Shown: positions 58,889 through 64,000 of the stretch, in pieces
Layout: every line of letters begins with the position of its first letter
Position numbering within the stretch: the stretch's first letter is position 1
NCBI GenBank assembly: GCA_040755455.1
Contig: JBFMAY010000012.1
Location: 24,274-88,273 of the forward strand
Direction of reading: 5' to 3'
Length of the DNA stretch: 64,000 nt
DNA from: Thermodesulfobacteriota bacterium
GTDB lineage: Bacteria; Desulfobacterota; Desulfobulbia; Desulfobulbales; SURF-16
The notes under the pieces: generated by a model
The model's database searches: none
Seen by the model: only the letters and a program-made list of their open reading frames with translations
What the model was told of the DNA's origin: nothing
Translations under genes and position numbers: made by a program

Positions 58889-59016
58889 CAGGCACAAGCA
58901 CCGTGCCAACCCTTTCCCTTGCCCCTTTTGCCTCCTGCCTTTTGCCGTATTGCTTACAGCGCACAGCCATGGTCATTACCGATGAATTTGCATTCCCCCG
59001 GCCACCAAAGGATTGA

Positions 59017-59093
59017 CTCCGGTGAATCGCCCCTCACAATCAGGGAGATCGAAGGGCGGAAACCGGTTTCGCCCTTCACCCGTGTCACCGGAG
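59017..59093. other. Nested inverted repeats forming a three-way-junction-like element (function unknown)
   Basis: CTCCGGTGA (59017-59025) pairs with TCACCGGAG (59085-59093). It encloses ATC.CCCT/AGGG.GAT and the GAAGGGC-G-GAAACCGGTTTC-GCCCTTC stem. Confidence 0.45.
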
Positions 59094-59294
59094 AAAATGG
59101 CACAAGGGAGAAAACAGGCCCTATCATGACAGCACCAGCGGATTCATCTGCGCAAGAGTCAAGGAGGGACAATCCCTATATAAGGATCAGCCGCATGGGC
59201 TGAAAAATCTCCAGCGGCAGGCTGAGATTCTGATCGATCTTCAGGTGTAAGGGAGGAAGGCCAAACATTTTTTTTCATTGAAAATTGAAAACAA

Positions 59295-59319
59295 ATGTGA
59301 TAACCATCGCACTTATAAT
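59295..59319 (+). promoter_or_regulatory. TGTGA-N6-TCGCA site (Rex/CRP-HcpR-like) next to a TATAAT -10 box of the dsrTMKJOP promoter
   Basis: ATGTGA-TAACCA-TCGCAC at 59295-59312; TATAAT at 59314-59319. Confidence 0.5.
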
Positions 59320-59368
59320 ATGAATGGTCATTCATCTTCTAGGTATCTTTACTGAAACACGGTATCCG

Positions 59369-59992
59369 ATGGGAAAAAAATTTCAAAAATTGCTGCAGGA
59401 AAATAAAGTTGAAATCCTGGAGAAATGGGAAGACAGCATTTTAGGCAGCTTCGCTCCGGATGCATTTCATATCTTTAAAAAGCAGAAGGACCCTTTCGCC
59501 AACCCCATTGGGCATAAAGTCAGAACCGGGCTCGAGGAGCTGTATGACGTCCTTTGCGAAGCAAGCAACACAGAGGTTATCACCCCGGATCTTGAGCAGC
59601 TCATCAAAATGAGAGCGGTTCAACAAGTTTCAGCTGCGGATGCGGTTTCCTTTATTTTCAAGCTGAAAGAGCTAGTGCGCAAGGAACTCCTGAAAAAAGG
59701 AATGACTGAGTTATATAACGAGTGGCTGGCATTTGACGCCAGGATTGATGCCGCAGCGCTTGTCATATTTGACATGTTCATGGCCAGCAAGGAACAGCTT
59801 TACAAGGTGAGATTAAGTGAATTCCAGCATGGAAGGCATATTCTTACCGATGGATCCATCTGTCCCTCTGCTCTTGAGCGCCGGAACAGCCAGACAGCCG
59901 CCGCGGCGGCAGAAACCGGAAATGCCCCTGAGGGGGAAAAAGGGCCGGTTGATGATGCCTGTGGCGCAAAACCGCAGGCAGTACAGTTTTAG
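59369..59992 (+). CDS. dsrT: DsrT (RsbRD N-terminal domain protein)
   Basis: KDPFANPIG, IKMRAVQ and AVSFIFKLK; canonical position directly upstream of dsrM; start ATG 59369. Confidence 0.85.
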   Translation: MGKKFQKLLQENKVEILEKWEDSILGSFAPDAFHIFKKQKDPFANPIGHKVRTGLEELYDVLCEASNTEVITPDLEQLIKMRAVQQVSAADAVSFIFKLKELVRKELLKKGMTELYNEWLAFDARIDAAALVIFDMFMASKEQLYKVRLSEFQHGRHILTDGSICPSALERRNSQTAAAAAETGNAPEGEKGPVDDACGAKPQAVQF

Positions 59993-60073
59993 AGGCCCCC
60001 GCAAGCTGCGGCCCAACCGGGCATGCGCTTCGGGAACTTTATACACACTTAAAGTGAGGCGAGGTAACGGTAA

Positions 60074-61069
60074 ATGAGAATCCTGTATCCCTTCATTGCA
60101 GTCTTAGCACTGATCGTGGTTGCCTTCTTGGGAGGGAAGGTAACAGGTCTGCAGTACCTGTTGGGGGTGGTGCTACCCTACCTGGCATTCGGTGTGTTTA
60201 TCGTGGGGTTTGTCAATCGTGTGATCTATTGGGCAAAATCTCCGGTACCATTCCGAATTCCAACCACATGCGGGCAGGAAAAATCACTGCCCTGGATCAA
60301 GCAGGACAGGCTTGACTGTCCATCCAACAAGCTGGAAGTCGCGGGACGAATGATCCTGGAAATATTTCTTTTCCGGTCACTCTTCAAAAACACCAAGGCG
60401 GAAATTCATGACGGGCCGAAATTGGTCTATGGGTCCAGCAAATTTCTCTGGCTCTTTGCCCTGCTGTTTCACTACTCATTTCTGGTTATAGTACTTCGCC
60501 ACCTGCGGCTTTTCACCGATCCCATCCCCTTTTTCGTTCCGCTGGTTGAATTCGCGGATGGCATGCTGCAGATCGGTGCGCCACGCCTGTACCTGACCGA
60601 CAGCATCTTTCTGGGGGCTATTGCATTCCTTTTCCTGCGACGGGTAATGCTGCGCTGCATTCGCTACATTTCATTGCCGGCTGACTACTTTCCGCTCATT
60701 CTGATCTTTGCCATCGGCGTCACCGGGCTGCTCATGCGGTACGTATACCGGGTCGATATCGCGGCGGTAAAACAGATCACGGCTGGAATCGCGGCCTTTT
60801 CACCTGTACTGCCGGCTGGAATTCATTCCATTTTCTTCGTCCATGTCACTCTTGTGTGTGCGTTGCTGATCTACTTCCCATTCAGCAAACTGATGCATAT
60901 GGGCGGTGTTTTCCTCAGTCCAACACGTAACATGTCAAACAACAGTCGTGCGGTTAGACATATCAACCCATGGAACGATCCGGCAATCAAGCCCCATTCA
61001 TACGCGGCTTATGAAGATGACTTCAGGGAATTCATGAAAAATGCCGACATCCCAGTTGAAAAGGAATAA
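60074..61069 (+). CDS. dsrM: DsrM membrane cytochrome b subunit
   Basis: WAKSPVPFRIPTTCGQ, FHYSF, RHLR and YFPFSKLMHMGGVFLSPTRN. Confidence 0.97.
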   Translation: MRILYPFIAVLALIVVAFLGGKVTGLQYLLGVVLPYLAFGVFIVGFVNRVIYWAKSPVPFRIPTTCGQEKSLPWIKQDRLDCPSNKLEVAGRMILEIFLFRSLFKNTKAEIHDGPKLVYGSSKFLWLFALLFHYSFLVIVLRHLRLFTDPIPFFVPLVEFADGMLQIGAPRLYLTDSIFLGAIAFLFLRRVMLRCIRYISLPADYFPLILIFAIGVTGLLMRYVYRVDIAAVKQITAGIAAFSPVLPAGIHSIFFVHVTLVCALLIYFPFSKLMHMGGVFLSPTRNMSNNSRAVRHINPWNDPAIKPHSYAAYEDDFREFMKNADIPVEKE

Positions 61070-61074
61070 ATAAA

Positions 61075-62700
61075 ATGGCGATTCCAAAAGCAGCTCAATT
61101 AGGTGTAAGTGTAGTAAGGGAGCCATCCCTAATGACCGGGGCCATCCCCAAAAAGGAGTGGATGGATGTACCGGCGGTCTTCAGGGAGGGCAACTTCTGT
61201 TATCCTGCTAAAAAATCCATGGTTGAATACCACAAGTTTCCCAATCCCCGGGAGTGGAGTCCCGATCAGGAGGACTGGAAACTGCCGGATGGCTGGGAGG
61301 ATATCATTTTAAACGGCTTGAAGGAGCGACTGGACAAATTCCGCTCCTTGAAAGTCTACATGGACATCTGTGTCAGATGTGGCGCCTGCGCTGACAAGTG
61401 CCATTTTTTCCTGGGCACGGGCGATCCGAAGAACATGCCCGTTCTCCGGGCGGAACTGCTCAGATCAGTTTACCGGAACGATTTCACCACCGCCGGCAAG
61501 CTGCTGGGCAAGCTGGCGGGCGGGCGACCCATGACCATCGGCGTTCTCAAAGAATGGTTCATGTACGCCTATCAGTGCACGGAATGCCGGCGCTGCTCCG
61601 TCTTCTGCCCCTACGGCATTGACACAGCGGAAATAACCATGATGCTGCGCGAACTGCTTCATCTGGTCGGCGTGGGCACCAACTGGATCCTCGAACCTGC
61701 GGCAAACTCCAACCGCACCGGTAACCACATGGGACTGCAGCCCCATACCCTGAAGGACAATGTCAGTTATCTCTGCGATGACATCGAGACGATCACCGGC
61801 ATCCGGGTCAACCCGACCTTCAACCGCAAAGGGGCTGAGATACTTTTCATCACCCCGTCCGCGGACGTATTTGCCGAGCCCGGCATTTACACAGCCATGG
61901 GCTATCTGCTGCTTTTCCATCATATCGGCCTTGATTACACCTTCAGCACCTACGCATCGGAAGGTGGCAATTTCGGTCTCTTCACCTCAAACGAACTGAT
62001 GAAGAAACTGAACGCCAAGATGTACGCCGAAGCAAAAAGACTGGGGGTAAAATGGATACTGGGCGGTGAGTGCGGACATATGTGGCGCGTCCTTCATCAG
62101 TACATGGACACCATGAACGGTCCGGCCGATTTCCTTGAGGTTCCCAAATCACCGATCACCGGTACCGTCTTTGAAAATGCCGCCTCGACCAAGATGATCC
62201 ATATCAGCGAATTCACCGCGGATCTGATCCGCAACAACAAGCTGAAAATTGACCCGATGCGTAATGCGCATCGTATCCCCACCTGGCATGATTCCTGTAA
62301 TACTTCCCGCGCCATGGGCCTGCTTGAGGAACCGCGCTACGTTCTCGATCACGTTGTGCCAAAATGGTACGAAATGCCGGAAAACACCATCCGTGAAAAA
62401 ACCTTCTGCTGCGGCAGCGGCACCGGCCTGAACACCGGTGAAATCATGGAGCTCAGGATGCGTTCCGGGTTGCCGAGGGCCAATGCGGTCAAGCATGTTG
62501 AGGATAAATTCGGGGTGAACACGCTGGCCTGTGTCTGCGCCATTGACCGTGCCACCCTGACTGCTTTGATGGATTACTGGAACCCGAATGTTAAAGTATG
62601 CGGACTTTCGGAGCTGGTGGGCAACTCGCTCATAATGGACGGCGAAAAAGAGAGGGAAACGGGACTCCGCTTTGAGCCTCTTGAAGGAATGGAGGGATAA
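61075..62700 (+). CDS. dsrK: DsrK Fe-S/CCG catalytic subunit
   Basis: CVRCGACADKC, CTECRRCSVFCP, GGECGH, HDSC and CCGSG. Confidence 0.97.
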   Translation: MAIPKAAQLGVSVVREPSLMTGAIPKKEWMDVPAVFREGNFCYPAKKSMVEYHKFPNPREWSPDQEDWKLPDGWEDIILNGLKERLDKFRSLKVYMDICVRCGACADKCHFFLGTGDPKNMPVLRAELLRSVYRNDFTTAGKLLGKLAGGRPMTIGVLKEWFMYAYQCTECRRCSVFCPYGIDTAEITMMLRELLHLVGVGTNWILEPAANSNRTGNHMGLQPHTLKDNVSYLCDDIETITGIRVNPTFNRKGAEILFITPSADVFAEPGIYTAMGYLLLFHHIGLDYTFSTYASEGGNFGLFTSNELMKKLNAKMYAEAKRLGVKWILGGECGHMWRVLHQYMDTMNGPADFLEVPKSPITGTVFENAASTKMIHISEFTADLIRNNKLKIDPMRNAHRIPTWHDSCNTSRAMGLLEEPRYVLDHVVPKWYEMPENTIREKTFCCGSGTGLNTGEIMELRMRSGLPRANAVKHVEDKFGVNTLACVCAIDRATLTALMDYWNPNVKVCGLSELVGNSLIMDGEKERETGLRFEPLEGMEG

Positions 62701-62704
62701 TTCT

Positions 62705-63100
62705 ATGTATGACGGTGGAAAAATTATTCCCGGCCTGATTATTTTCGTTGGCCTCATGTTGTTTGCCATCTTTAACAACGCCGGGAAAAAGATAGAGGCA
62801 CCCAAGGTTGAAAAACCGGTCGGGTACAAGGAATGTGTGAAACCTGTTCAATATATGAAAGAATCACACATGGAACTCCTGAACCAATGGCGTGATGAAG
62901 TCATTCGTGAAGGGAAAAGAGAAAAAGTAGAAGCCGGCGGCGTACTGTACGAAAAAAGCCTGCAGAATGGCTGTATGCACTGCCACACCAGCAAGAAGAA
63001 ATTCTGTGATGTATGTCACACGTTTGCTTCTGTATATCCTTACTGTTGGGACTGCCATGTCGCACCCCAGGAAGATGTGGCATTGAAGGAGGCGAGATAA
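62705..63100 (+). CDS. dsrJ: DsrJ triheme cytochrome c
   Basis: Start MYDGGKII at 62705; HMELLNQWRDEVIR; three CxxCH motifs (CMHCH, CDVCH, CWDCH). Confidence 0.96.
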   Translation: MYDGGKIIPGLIIFVGLMLFAIFNNAGKKIEAPKVEKPVGYKECVKPVQYMKESHMELLNQWRDEVIREGKREKVEAGGVLYEKSLQNGCMHCHTSKKKFCDVCHTFASVYPYCWDCHVAPQEDVALKEAR

Positions 63101-63951
63101 TGGATAGTTCAAGAAGAAAATTCCTCAAGATTGCCGGCATCACGGCTGTTGCCGGAATAGGAGCGCCTTCTGCCCTGCATATGCTGATGAAACAGGAGGT
63201 TCATGCATCATCGGCAGGTGGCGGTCATGGCGCGCAAACCGATGCCCACGGTGCTGCGGCAGGCCACGGGGCAGCGCCAACCGGCAAACGGTACGGCTTG
63301 GTTATTGATACGGTAAAATTCCATGAAAATCCCGGGTTGGCGGAAAAATGTATTGAAGCCTGCCACTCATATTTCAATGTGCCGGATTTCGGTAACAAGA
63401 AGGATGAGATCAAATGGATTTGGCAGGAACCTTTCACCAACGCCTTTCCCGGTGATGAAAGCCACTATAAAAAAGATGACAGGACCCACGGGATGAAATT
63501 TCTCGTGACCTGTAATCATTGCGATAATCCGCCGTGTGTCCGGGCCTGTCCGACCAAGGCCACTTTCAAGAATGCCGACGGTATCATCATGATGGACTTT
63601 CATCGCTGTATCGGCTGCCGTTTCTGTATGGCCGCCTGTCCATACGGCTCCAGGAGCTTCAACTGGCGTGATCCGCGCGGTTCCAAAGACGGCGTGCCGT
63701 TCATCAAGAAGATCAACCCGGAATTCCCCACCAGAATGCGCGGTGTTGTGGAAAAATGCAGCTTCTGTGATTTGCGGGTAAAAAATGGCCTACAACCACT
63801 TTGCGTGGAAGCCACCGGTGACACAAAGGCTATGGTATTTGGTGACCTGAACGATCCGAATTCCGAGATTTCCCAGGTATTGAAGGCAAGGTTCACCATT
63901 CAACGTAAACCCTCTTTGGGCACCATGCCCTCAGTATTTTATATAATCTAA
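63100..63951 (+). CDS. dsrO: DsrO periplasmic Fe-S protein (Tat signal)
   Basis: Start MDSSRRKFLK at 63100; CNHCDNPPCVRACP, CIGCRFCMAACPY and EKCSFC. Confidence 0.96.
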   Translation: MDSSRRKFLKIAGITAVAGIGAPSALHMLMKQEVHASSAGGGHGAQTDAHGAAAGHGAAPTGKRYGLVIDTVKFHENPGLAEKCIEACHSYFNVPDFGNKKDEIKWIWQEPFTNAFPGDESHYKKDDRTHGMKFLVTCNHCDNPPCVRACPTKATFKNADGIIMMDFHRCIGCRFCMAACPYGSRSFNWRDPRGSKDGVPFIKKINPEFPTRMRGVVEKCSFCDLRVKNGLQPLCVEATGDTKAMVFGDLNDPNSEISQVLKARFTIQRKPSLGTMPSVFYII

Positions 63952-63962
63952 GGTGATCAACT

Positions 63963-64000
63963 ATGTTAGAAAAATCGCTCAAAGGTAACTTAGGATACTG
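63963..64000 (+). CDS. dsrP: DsrP, 5' end (truncated by the window edge)
   Basis: ATG 63963 gives MLEKSLKGNLGY, matching the usual DsrP N-terminus. AAGGTG RBS; follows dsrO. Confidence 0.75.
   Translation, partial: MLEKSLKGNLGY

Noticed and set aside
58893..58909. Minus-strand TTGGCACG-GTGC-TTGT resembling a sigma54 promoter
   Set aside because: The -12 GC is GT, and it would fire antisense into recD2. It is also explained as a small hairpin after the stop codon.
58919..59203. ORFs 58919..59203(+) and 58954..59172(-) upstream of dsrT
   Set aside because: Weak starts, no RBS and no motifs; the region looks like structured non-coding sequence.

Overview
A core-genome segment from a sulfur-cycling Desulfobacterota bacterium; the gene content and order suggest Desulfobulbales. 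I found no IS, prophage, CRISPR, rRNA or tRNA. In order, it holds: the 3' end of an ExeA-like ATPase; tRNA-modification and housekeeping genes (U32/TrhP-like, mnmA, mtaB, cinA, recA, alaS); the atpF'FHAGDC half of a split ATP synthase operon; cheX; a stand-alone GltD/SudA/NfnB-like flavoprotein; a type II secretion cluster without a major pseudopilin; a sulfur-relay locus (tusA, dsrE-like, dsrF-like and a 57-aa dsrH-like gene that the ORF track missed, divergent from a domain-swapped yeeE/yedE), which matches the 'YTD' cluster reported from sulfur disproportionators; a hybrid kinase, fliK-like gene and MFS pump; a TlpA thioredoxin next to a small secreted ExtJ-like protein ending in Gly-Cys; uppP; two methyltransferases; trkAH-mnmG-diguanylate cyclase; a sigma54 three-gene signalling unit with a visible promoter and enhancer; a Cache/PAS hybrid kinase; hydantoinase A; an HDOD + MBL pair; recD2; and dsrTMKJO with the start of dsrP. 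The best candidate for an under-described system is a periplasm-to-cytoplasm sulfane-sulfur relay (Gly-Cys-tailed carrier/TlpA -> YeeE -> TusA -> DsrEFH-like complex -> Dsr). That pathway is an inference from motifs and gene context only; no database searches were run.
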